A stretch of 41,491 nt of DNA. It comes from a virus (Duplodnaviria > Caudoviricetes). Both the position numbers and the translations under genes were made by a program. The notes under the pieces are model-generated. The model saw only the letters and a list, made by a program, of their open reading frames with translations. It had not been told where the DNA came from and did not search any database. The stretch lies in IMG/VR virus record IMGVR_UViG_3300033067_001056, positions 1 to 41,491 of that record. One strand, written 5' to 3'. Positions 27,750 to 35,144 of the stretch are shown piece by piece (position 1 is the first letter of the stretch; each line of letters begins with the position of its first letter).

Positions 27750-28643
27750 TTACACATCAAAGGGAGCACGTATCCCCATAAATACAGGGAAACGCGGTTT
27801 GTCTTTCACACCTGTGGGCTGGGATTTGTACTTTACAATCTGCCCCACCATTTCTACTCTTCGCTGCCAGAACCACAGGCAGTCAGCCGCGGTGAAGCCG
27901 GTGCCTATGTTGAACTCTACGCCGCTTACGGTGTCTTTCACCCGTAGCGCACCCATGACGCCCATCCCCTGCATATTTTCCTTGTGGGATGAGCGCTCCA
28001 TGAAGCCAAGCTCATTGATCTTAGCTTCGTTGGCGTTGTGCATCTTTTCGATTACCTCGATGATGGTCGCCTCAGCGTCGGTAAACCGCTTGACTTTCAG
28101 CAGCCACGCTTGTGATTGAGTACTCCGACCATACTTGTAGCCGGAGTCAGGAGTACGCAGCATGACTCCTTCGTACCCTTGCGCCAGCATCGCTTCTTCG
28201 ATAGCATTGAGTTGATCCATATTCTCGATCAACACTTGCGGCACCACCGACAGGAACGGGGTACGCACTCGGTCATGTGCCTCATGCACCCGCGCCAATC
28301 GTTCGGTAAACGGCAGGTCTGGGGCGATGTAATCAAACACATGAAAGAATGCGTGCGGCTCGCCGTCGAATGAGGACAGTGCCGCACTGGTCACACGGAA
28401 AGCATCTTGCGCGTTTGACGCACCCAGGATGAACTCACCATCTAGGTTGTTGCAGTCGATCCGCGACCAGTGTTCCTGAATGAAGCGGTTCGCCACTGGC
28501 TTCAGGCTGCGTGTCATGAGTTTTCCATCTCGGATCATGGCACGCACGCCGTCAAGCTTCGGGCTGGCGTACATCGGGAACTGTGCAGGGAGCAGATTGT
28601 AATCCGCTGGCGCGGCCAGCATGGGTCGAAAGACTGGTGACAT
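27750..28643 (-). CDS. ATP-dependent DNA ligase (minimal type)
   Basis: Motif I KLDGVR, LDGE, VFD, YEGVMLR, LLKVK; OB domain FNIGTGF and PRFPVF. Confidence 0.95.
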   Translation of the reverse strand: MSPVFRPMLAAPADYNLLPAQFPMYASPKLDGVRAMIRDGKLMTRSLKPVANRFIQEHWSRIDCNNLDGEFILGASNAQDAFRVTSAALSSFDGEPHAFFHVFDYIAPDLPFTERLARVHEAHDRVRTPFLSVVPQVLIENMDQLNAIEEAMLAQGYEGVMLRTPDSGYKYGRSTQSQAWLLKVKRFTDAEATIIEVIEKMHNANEAKINELGFMERSSHKENMQGMGVMGALRVKDTVSGVEFNIGTGFTAADCLWFWQRRVEMVGQIVKYKSQPTGVKDKPRFPVFMGIRAPFDV

Positions 28644-28645
28644 GA

Positions 28646-29167
28646 TTATCCTTGGTTGGTGTAGCTGCCAGTAGGCGCGGCCCCGCCGCCCAAATCAGCC
28701 TGTTTTGACGCGTCAGAACCTATCTTAGAGGCATCAGAAAGGGCGGCAAAGTACCCTGCGCCATGCGCCCCCGCACAGCCGGTCAGAGAGTGCTCATGCA
28801 GGGCTTGATTAATGTTTTCACACTGGAATTCCTTCCGGCAAACCGCGCACTTGTAGACTTGATGGGGCAACCCAAGTCCGATGAGGTAGCCCTCGATAGT
28901 CCAGCCGACTGGCAACTGCTCATTTCCTGTGTACACCACTTCTGGCGACTTGCCAATCTTAAAGTCCTTGTTGAGTTCCTGGTATTTCTCGAGGAAATGC
29001 GCCGCCTTTTGTAGATCGCGCAGCCCATCTTTCTTGTTCCACCGCATGACGTACCGCAGTATCTGCGCTTGGAAGTAGTCAAGCTTGAACATCTCAACGA
29101 TGTCCCAGTGCTGCAATTTCTGGCCTTGATAGTGGGAGCCGCCCACCTGCCGGTCATTCGCTGCCAT
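28646..29167 (-). CDS. DUF3310 (T7 gp1.7/SaV-like) putative nucleotide kinase with C-terminal extension
   Basis: Start re-called at MAANDRQVGGSHY. ILRYVMRWNKKDGLRDLQKAAHFL motif, then CxxC...H...C. Confidence 0.8.
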   Translation of the reverse strand: MAANDRQVGGSHYQGQKLQHWDIVEMFKLDYFQAQILRYVMRWNKKDGLRDLQKAAHFLEKYQELNKDFKIGKSPEVVYTGNEQLPVGWTIEGYLIGLGLPHQVYKCAVCRKEFQCENINQALHEHSLTGCAGAHGAGYFAALSDASKIGSDASKQADLGGGAAPTGSYTNQG

Positions 29168-30155
29168 TTTCAACCCTCCGTGCTCGCCATTGCAGGGCCG
29201 CTTCTTTCCAGTCGCATTCCGGCATGGCATCAAGAATTTCTACGTTGTCTGCACCGGTGGCTTTCCGTGTCGTGTACCATAGAGCCATCGGCCACGCCAC
29301 CTGCATCAGGAATTTGTTTTCTTCGTACGGCAGGTGTTCGCTGTCGAAAGGCGTTTCGCAGAAATTACGCATTTCCATCAGCACTTTTTCCGCCATGCGC
29401 CCCTTTTCAATCAGCGGAATCTTACAGGGCTGCACCATGCCGGACTTGTAGTAGTCCACACAGATGGGGTGATCGAGCAGCTTTTTCACTTGCTCGTTTT
29501 CAGTGTACACGTGGAAGTTGTTGGAGAACTGATTGTACACGCCTTGCTCTAGCCCGAGGCTTTCGGCTAGAAACTGCTGCAAGAAGCTGAAGTGTACGGC
29601 GTTCGCCCCATACGCGCCCCAGACAGCATCATTGCTCCGGTTGCACACCGTCATGTCGAGGCTTTGGTTCCTTACCTCGAAGTAGACGTGGGTGTTGCAG
29701 GGGAGGTCTTTTGCGGTCGTGTTACCAAGGTCAAGGCTGCAATCCCACATCTGCAACACAGCGCGGCGGGAGTTGGGGTCGCGGGTGAGTTCCTGCGCGA
29801 TGGCGTACAGTTGATTCTGCCACAGGAACCATCGCTTGCCGTAAGCTCCGTGGAAGTACCCCGCTGGCTCGGCGTAGTTCTTCATGTTGGAGTTGAAAAT
29901 CTCGAGGAACTCCAAGTCGTTGCGCCCCGCCAGCATCCAGATGCTCTCCATCAAGTGGAAGAACGGGTTGGCGTCTCGTTCATGCAGCCACAGGATGCGC
30001 TCTTCTGGGCGTTTGTAGTGAGTAATCACTGGTCCAGGAGACCGCAGCACAGGGCCATTGCGTGAGTCGCTTTTGATGCCAGAAGTCTTCAGCCACCAAA
30101 GTCCGTCGCACAGGGCGTGGTTGACATTGCGTGCGACAATAGTGTGGGGAATCAC
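29154..30155 (-). CDS. Thymidylate-synthase-fold enzyme, probable dUMP hydroxymethylase
   Basis: GTG start re-called at 30155 (AGGAGG RBS, GTGA coupling). SRNG, NPFFHLMESIWML, SRRAV, KDLPCN, RSNDAVWGAYGAN, NFHVY. Confidence 0.85.
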   Translation of the reverse strand: MIPHTIVARNVNHALCDGLWWLKTSGIKSDSRNGPVLRSPGPVITHYKRPEERILWLHERDANPFFHLMESIWMLAGRNDLEFLEIFNSNMKNYAEPAGYFHGAYGKRWFLWQNQLYAIAQELTRDPNSRRAVLQMWDCSLDLGNTTAKDLPCNTHVYFEVRNQSLDMTVCNRSNDAVWGAYGANAVHFSFLQQFLAESLGLEQGVYNQFSNNFHVYTENEQVKKLLDHPICVDYYKSGMVQPCKIPLIEKGRMAEKVLMEMRNFCETPFDSEHLPYEENKFLMQVAWPMALWYTTRKATGADNVEILDAMPECDWKEAALQWRARRVENGSE

Positions 30156-30349
30156 TTTTCTTCCTCCTTTACGATTTTCAGGCCATACGTCATCGCATAT
30201 CGCTCTAACGCATAGTAGTTGGGAAACGTCTCTATGTACCACCCTGTTGGATCAGCATATGGCGTGATCAAGCCAGTGTATGCAGGACTCCCAGCCTGTT
30301 TCTGCGGGAATATCTCACCCTGGATATCTATTTTTGGCTCGTCCGCCAT
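30152..30349 (-). CDS. Small hypothetical protein within the modification cluster
   Basis: 65 aa, GAGG RBS, overlaps both neighbours in a coupled arrangement. Confidence 0.55.
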   Translation of the reverse strand: MADEPKIDIQGEIFPQKQAGSPAYTGLITPYADPTGWYIETFPNYYALERYAMTYGLKIVKEEEK

Positions 30350-31148
30350 TTTTAATCCTCATGTACTTGCTGAACTCACAGAAACAGTTTTGGAAATCTT
30401 GCATGTGGATGTCTTGTAGGTAAGGCGGGAGTAATGGAACCACTTCCTCCCACACTTCGGCGATACAGTACCGAAACCCTTTCTCAGTCCATGGACTTTC
30501 AGGTGGCCGCCCCATGTAGTAGTTTAACCCCTTTCTACTTCCAGGGCCACTAGCGCACCACTCACTCCAGTCAAGCGCATTGGAGAGAGGACAGTCGGTG
30601 TTTTTCAGATCAGCCACCACCTGCGCCGCGAGGAAAGAGCCAAGCCCCTTGGTTCGCATCAACCATTGGTGCATCTCTTCACAGGTGTTCCACGGCGGCG
30701 GGTCGTAATTCAGTCTGACATACACCGCGTTGGCGACATTCACCACGTACTCTTCTTTCGCCATTTTCACGCCACACGTGGTGATCATGTAGGCGTTACC
30801 CCACACGAGTTCGCCACGCAGAGCACGCGCACGGATCAGTGTTTCAATTCGTGCTGGCTGCCAGACATCTGGGTAGCCGATTTCAGCGAGTGTTTCGGGG
30901 CGGTTAATGAATCGCGCCAGCACGAGTGCAGGGATAAAACTTTCTGTGCCGAACTTGCCATCGCGCCAGTTATGGGCGATCCATTCAGTTACCTTGTCGT
31001 CTTCTCGCCGTACGTTCGTGAAACGGGTGGTGCGTAAGACTTCGTCCTCAGTCCACGGCTTGGGCCAGCCAGCTTCTTTCTTTTCACGTATTAGATCACG
31101 CTCAGTGATCCAGTACACCAACTCCCGAGTTAGATTTCCCGTGCTCAT
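30315..31148 (-). CDS. aGPT-Pplase1 / 5-hmdU DNA kinase helical-family protein
   Basis: Start re-called at MSTGNL. Signature WITER..IREKKEAGWPKPWTEDEVL...RFTNVRREDDKVTEWI, GLGSFLAAQVVADL, GPGSRKGL, QNCFCEFSKYMR. Confidence 0.85.
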   Translation of the reverse strand: MSTGNLTRELVYWITERDLIREKKEAGWPKPWTEDEVLRTTRFTNVRREDDKVTEWIAHNWRDGKFGTESFIPALVLARFINRPETLAEIGYPDVWQPARIETLIRARALRGELVWGNAYMITTCGVKMAKEEYVVNVANAVYVRLNYDPPPWNTCEEMHQWLMRTKGLGSFLAAQVVADLKNTDCPLSNALDWSEWCASGPGSRKGLNYYMGRPPESPWTEKGFRYCIAEVWEEVVPLLPPYLQDIHMQDFQNCFCEFSKYMRIKNGGRAKNRYPG

Positions 31149-31896
31149 ATGCGAGTTTCCATTGTATGCGTACATCGGTTCGTGTGCCGCCGCCCCATGC
31201 AGTTTTCGTTTCCTTCTGCACAACGGTGACGAAGTTGGGGTGAAGTGCCTTCAGCGAGTGTGCCGCCTGCGCCTGATACTCAGGAGTACGTATGCCAGAA
31301 CATCCTCCGACTGCGCCACTGCCGAACTGATTGTTGGCATACTCATTGAGTACGACGTTGGGGTAGCCGAGTTCAAGCAGGGAGAGGGCAACGTGGAAGT
31401 CGCACATGACGTCGGTGTCAAACTTGATGCCATGCTTTTTGATGACACTTCGGTCATAGGCCAGCACCCGCATGATGCGAGTGTTCCGCATGAATTTGTC
31501 GGTGTTGCGATTGGCACCTTCGCGGGCCGCAATTCCGACGTGCGGAGCGTAGTCAAGGTTCAAGCTGATTTCTTCCATCATGAACCTTAGTTCTTCTGGC
31601 TCGATGTCACGAAGCTTGGTGCGGTCCATTTCACGCCGCTTAAAGAACACCAAGTCATCATCGAGCATCACAATGTGTTCGTCATTGCCCACATTGTCAA
31701 TAATGTAGTCACGGGTGGCGCCGATTGTGCGTATGTGATCAGGTAGAATGTGGACGTTCTTGAACCCACGTTCCACAGTGTACTGCTCACACTCATGCAT
31801 CTGCACCACAGTAATGAAGTCGAGACCCGCTCGGGCCAGGTGCTTCGCAGTCTCCTGCTTATGCACCCGCCCGAGCGTCGGGATAACAATATCCAT
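31102..31896 (-). CDS. GT-A glycosyltransferase, TET/JBP-associated (TAGT/GREB1/JGT-like) type
   Basis: IVIPTLGR first strand, IGATRDYI, MLDDD (DxD), MCDFHVALSLL, GGCSGIRT, VRIQWKLAY. Confidence 0.8.
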   Translation of the reverse strand: MDIVIPTLGRVHKQETAKHLARAGLDFITVVQMHECEQYTVERGFKNVHILPDHIRTIGATRDYIIDNVGNDEHIVMLDDDLVFFKRREMDRTKLRDIEPEELRFMMEEISLNLDYAPHVGIAAREGANRNTDKFMRNTRIMRVLAYDRSVIKKHGIKFDTDVMCDFHVALSLLELGYPNVVLNEYANNQFGSGAVGGCSGIRTPEYQAQAAHSLKALHPNFVTVVQKETKTAWGGGTRTDVRIQWKLAYEHGKSNSGVGVLDH

Positions 31897-31908
31897 GGTC
31901 TCTAGAGC

Positions 31909-32331
31909 CTACTTCAGCTCGTCGTTCTTGCCACCGGCCTTGGCAGCGGGAGCCGCCTTTTCTTCTTTCGACTTCGGCGGCGCCTTTTCCTTCACCGGCA
32001 CCAGCTTCGGCTCGTAGCCTTCGATCTTGATGAAGGCGTGGCTGGCGTCGTACACGAGACCTGGAGTGGTGATGCCGGCGGCAATCGCTTCGCCCACGGT
32101 CATCTGGTCTTTGTAGTAGCCCCATTCCTTCGCGGCGCGCGAGCCAGGACGCTTCGGGTTTTCGGTCTTCAGCACGGTGATCTTGGCGTTCAGATCAACG
32201 CCCTTCGGTCCGCGTGCAGCGGCGGGTTTCGCGTCGGCCTTGGGTGCTTCGGTCTTGGCGGGTGCAGCAGTTGCGATCGGGCCCTTCGTTACAACTTTCG
32301 GTTCGGCTTTAGCCATGATACTCTTCTCCAT
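31909..32331 (-). CDS. Lys/Ala-rich putative DNA-binding protein
   Basis: Basic low-complexity tails flanking a compact ENPKRPGSRAAKEWGYYKDQMTVGEAIAAG domain. Highly biased codons. Confidence 0.75.
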   Translation of the reverse strand: MEKSIMAKAEPKVVTKGPIATAAPAKTEAPKADAKPAAARGPKGVDLNAKITVLKTENPKRPGSRAAKEWGYYKDQMTVGEAIAAGITTPGLVYDASHAFIKIEGYEPKLVPVKEKAPPKSKEEKAAPAAKAGGKNDELK

Positions 32332-32380
32332 TACAGGTTACTGATGACTCCCCATCAGCTAGGGTACAACATAAAACTCA

Positions 32381-33835
32381 TTATGCCACAGTCTTACCAG
32401 AGCGCAAGGCTTTTATTGCGTCGGATAAATTTTGCGAAAGCGCGTCCTTCTGAACTGTACGGGCAAATACGACTTCATCAATGGTGCCCTTGACCATGAA
32501 ATAGTGGGATATGACACGGTCAGCGGTATTCCCCTGTCGTCGTACACGCATGATCCCTTGTAAATGATCGTCAGCCTTCCAAGTCTGGGTGTACCACCCC
32601 ACGTGAGAACAGGCTTTCTGCAGATTAAGGGATTTGCTAGAACTCGCAGCCTGCGCTGGCAAGAGCTTAATTTCACCACGGTTGAACGCCGCAATAATTT
32701 CAGCATCTTTTGCATCCTTTCCAGTGAATGGGCGTGCCGTGGGGAACCGCCCCATTATCATCTCTAGCTCAAAATTGAACTCATAGAATAGCAGCAACGG
32801 TTCGCCATTGAGTTCATCAAGAAGTTCCTCCACCGCATCCAGCTTGGCGGTGTGAAGCACCTTATAGTCACGCTTACCTAGGACATCAGTGCTGTACAGC
32901 GCCCCGCCGCAGATTTGTCGGCACTTACCGCTGGCGACAGCTTCGTTCGCCGCAGTGATTTCACCGCTTTCTAGTAGGGCAATGAGGGAATCTTCCATTG
33001 CTTTGTAGACTGATGCAGCTTCAGGTGGTAGGTCAACAAAGCGTTTATCAACAACAAGTTCAGGTAGATCGAGATAATCCTTAGCTTCCATCCGTAAAAC
33101 AAGGGGAGCGATACGCTCAGTAATACGCTCCAGCGCCCCATTCTGCGGAGTCCACGTATAGCCGCCAAAGCCAGACGGATAGAAATAGTTATTCCGATAG
33201 TGCGTAATATATTGACCAAGAGCTGCTCCTTGATCTAGTATGTAGATTTGCCCGAACAAATCCATCAACCCGTTGGGGCTGATGGTGCCGGTGAGGATGT
33301 AGCGGCGCTTGAACTTCCCAAGCACTTGCTTGAGAATCTTCATGCGTATGGAATCATGCGCCTTAAAGTCGGTGGATTCGTCCACCACAAGCATATCGAC
33401 GCCGAGTTGCTTAAAGCGGTCTAGGTTGATTACTACTTTCTTTCCCACTTTTTGCGAACTGAAAAGCCAAGGCAAGCCAGCAGGGTTGATAAGAAAAACG
33501 TCAGCGTCATCGCCAAGAGCCTGCTCTTTGTCCGGACCATGAAGAATTGACCATCGTAGATGACTGAAGTCCCGCCACTTTTCGATTTCGCCGTTATCAC
33601 CTCCCCAAGAGTTGTAGATGCCTTTTTTCGTGGAGATAACAAGTACCCTGTTGACATAGCCTTTGTCCTTAAGAATTTTGAATGCTGCGAGGGTGATGCT
33701 GGTCTTGCCGAGGCCTGGATCAAGCAATAGGCCAGCGCAGGCTTGCGAGATCATCAACTTCACGCCCGTTTTCATGTAGGGACGTGGCTTCCAATATGGC
33801 AATAGCTGACTTAGCGGAGTCAACGTAGTAGACAT
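32381..33835 (-). CDS. SNF2-family helicase
   Basis: LDPGLGKT, VVDES, LTGT, QIYILD, SLNLQ, QGIMRVRRQG. Start uncertain (33835 or slightly downstream). Confidence 0.92.
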   Translation of the reverse strand: MSTTLTPLSQLLPYWKPRPYMKTGVKLMISQACAGLLLDPGLGKTSITLAAFKILKDKGYVNRVLVISTKKGIYNSWGGDNGEIEKWRDFSHLRWSILHGPDKEQALGDDADVFLINPAGLPWLFSSQKVGKKVVINLDRFKQLGVDMLVVDESTDFKAHDSIRMKILKQVLGKFKRRYILTGTISPNGLMDLFGQIYILDQGAALGQYITHYRNNYFYPSGFGGYTWTPQNGALERITERIAPLVLRMEAKDYLDLPELVVDKRFVDLPPEAASVYKAMEDSLIALLESGEITAANEAVASGKCRQICGGALYSTDVLGKRDYKVLHTAKLDAVEELLDELNGEPLLLFYEFNFELEMIMGRFPTARPFTGKDAKDAEIIAAFNRGEIKLLPAQAASSSKSLNLQKACSHVGWYTQTWKADDHLQGIMRVRRQGNTADRVISHYFMVKGTIDEVVFARTVQKDALSQNLSDAIKALRSGKTVA

Positions 33836-34055
33836 GATGTCCTTTTCGTAGTAATGTTCTAACCCTAGACCACTGGAGCGGTTCAGGCTCTTCACCCTGC
33901 CGCTTAAACTCCACCCATACTGTAACACCATTCGCAAAGATAAACAACCTGTCGGGCCAGCCCCTATTCCCTATCAGATTCAACTTAAGATGTGGTATGT
34001 CATGCAGATCGGCCCACTTACAGGCTTCTTGCTCTTCAAGTGTTTCAGCACGCAT
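33720..34055 (-). CDS. VRR-NUC endonuclease
   Basis: GWPDRL...WVEFKR...LQ motifs; adjacent to the SNF2 helicase. Confidence 0.88.
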   Translation of the reverse strand: MRAETLEEQEACKWADLHDIPHLKLNLIGNRGWPDRLFIFANGVTVWVEFKRQGEEPEPLQWSRVRTLLRKGHHVYYVDSAKSAIAILEATSLHENGREVDDLASLRWPIA

Positions 34056-34065
34056 AATTGGCCTA

Positions 34066-34112
34066 TACCTACCCCTTACCCACCCATTTTTGAAGGCTCA
34101 AAACGCGTCCTA
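34066..34112 (-). repeat. 47-bp dispersed element, copy B
   Basis: Reverse complement matches 27181..27227 at 44/47. Intergenic. Confidence 0.9.
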
Positions 34113-34122
34113 GCAAGCCGAA

Positions 34123-34767
34123 TTAGCCGCTAAACTGGCAAGGGCCACCCTTTGTCTTGCTAAAACTGCACCACCGACAATAATAGCCTGGACGCGGAGG
34201 CCAAAACGTATCTTCCATCATTTGCTCGCGGCGTTTCTGCCACTTAATGATCTGATTCTTTACGGCAGTGTCGTGCATCGTTAATTTGTCGGGCGGCGCT
34301 GTTCCGTCAAGATAATAGGTGGTCGCGGTGACTTTTGGCAAGCCGAACTGACGATGACCAGCGAGGGCGTAGATTTCACGCTGCCCCGCGTGCTCGTCCT
34401 TCGGTTTGCCGGTTTTCCACTCACCAATCTCAACCTCGGTGGGGTGCAGGATGTACGCATCGAATACGACCACGTAAGCGGCGGTCGCAGACTTAGGCGC
34501 AGTAGGATACCATTTGTCATCGAAATAATACTTGGCTTCAGTCCCCACCACAGCCGCATTGCGAAAACGTTCAAGTACATCATTGTGATACTTAGCAACG
34601 GGCGTATCAACCTGCTTCTTGATATACTGCTCTGTCTGGTCATGGATTATACTCCCTCGCTCAGCGGCTGGCCCTGCCGGATCGGTTGCCAACTTGTCAA
34701 TGTACTTGTGCGACCACCGACGTGGGCACTCCGAATAGTTGCTCCACTGACTAAATGATAGTATCAC
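34123..34767 (-). CDS. Cas4-like PD-(D/E)XK exonuclease
   Basis: SFSQ...CPRR, RGSIIH, FD...EWKTGK, QxxxY, C-terminal CRWCSF...C. Confidence 0.87.
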   Translation of the reverse strand: MILSFSQWSNYSECPRRWSHKYIDKLATDPAGPAAERGSIIHDQTEQYIKKQVDTPVAKYHNDVLERFRNAAVVGTEAKYYFDDKWYPTAPKSATAAYVVVFDAYILHPTEVEIGEWKTGKPKDEHAGQREIYALAGHRQFGLPKVTATTYYLDGTAPPDKLTMHDTAVKNQIIKWQKRREQMMEDTFWPPRPGYYCRWCSFSKTKGGPCQFSG

Positions 34768-35005
34768 GAAAGCTCCTAAAGAATGAGTTATGGGTGCAGA
34801 TGTTACGGACTATCTCTTCTTTGTGGGCAAGAATCGTGGCGGTCACTATTTCTTCTAGTGACATATTGTGATACTTCGCCATGATTTCCTGCCCCGTAAT
34901 GATCTTCTGCTCGGGCACCCATATCTTCATGAGCGATTCGGCGCGCACAATCGCCGGTGCCGTAGCAGTGGCGAAAATGCCAGCTAGAAACCCGCGCCTA
35001 TCCAT
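34751..35005 (-). CDS. Small protein with twin-arginine (Tat-like) N-terminus
   Basis: MDRRGFLAGIFATATAPAIVRAESLM. Start at 35005 or 35020. Confidence 0.7.
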   Translation of the reverse strand: MDRRGFLAGIFATATAPAIVRAESLMKIWVPEQKIITGQEIMAKYHNMSLEEIVTATILAHKEEIVRNICTHNSFFRSFRDTII

Positions 35006-35144
35006 TTTTGGCCTCGTCATTGATCAGCCACAGCACATCTTTCTTGCACTTGGCGCATACAGAGATGTTGTGCATACAAGATTGATCGCTGCGGCCAGTC
35101 CAGTGCAGCCCCAAGAAGCACATAATTTTGAATAGGCGTTTCAT
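34998..35144 (-). CDS. 48-aa putative zinc-binding peptide (below ORF-track cutoff)
   Basis: ATGA-coupled to the polymerase stop. Reads MKRLFKIMCFLGLHW...VCAKCKKD...KNG (C-x4-H plus CxxC) and fills the gap. Confidence 0.65.
   Translation of the reverse strand: MKRLFKIMCFLGLHWTGRSDQSCMHNISVCAKCKKDVLWLINDEAKNG

Noticed and set aside
29154-30155. dCMP hydroxymethylase / T4-like glucosyl-hmC pathway
   Set aside because: The specificity position after RSND..WG reads Asn rather than Asp, and the neighbour belongs to an hmdU-associated family. Disfavoured, though not excluded without an alignment.
34123-34767. Cas4 as evidence of a CRISPR-Cas system
   Set aside because: Stand-alone Cas4-like nucleases are routine in phage replication modules. 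No other cas genes or array.
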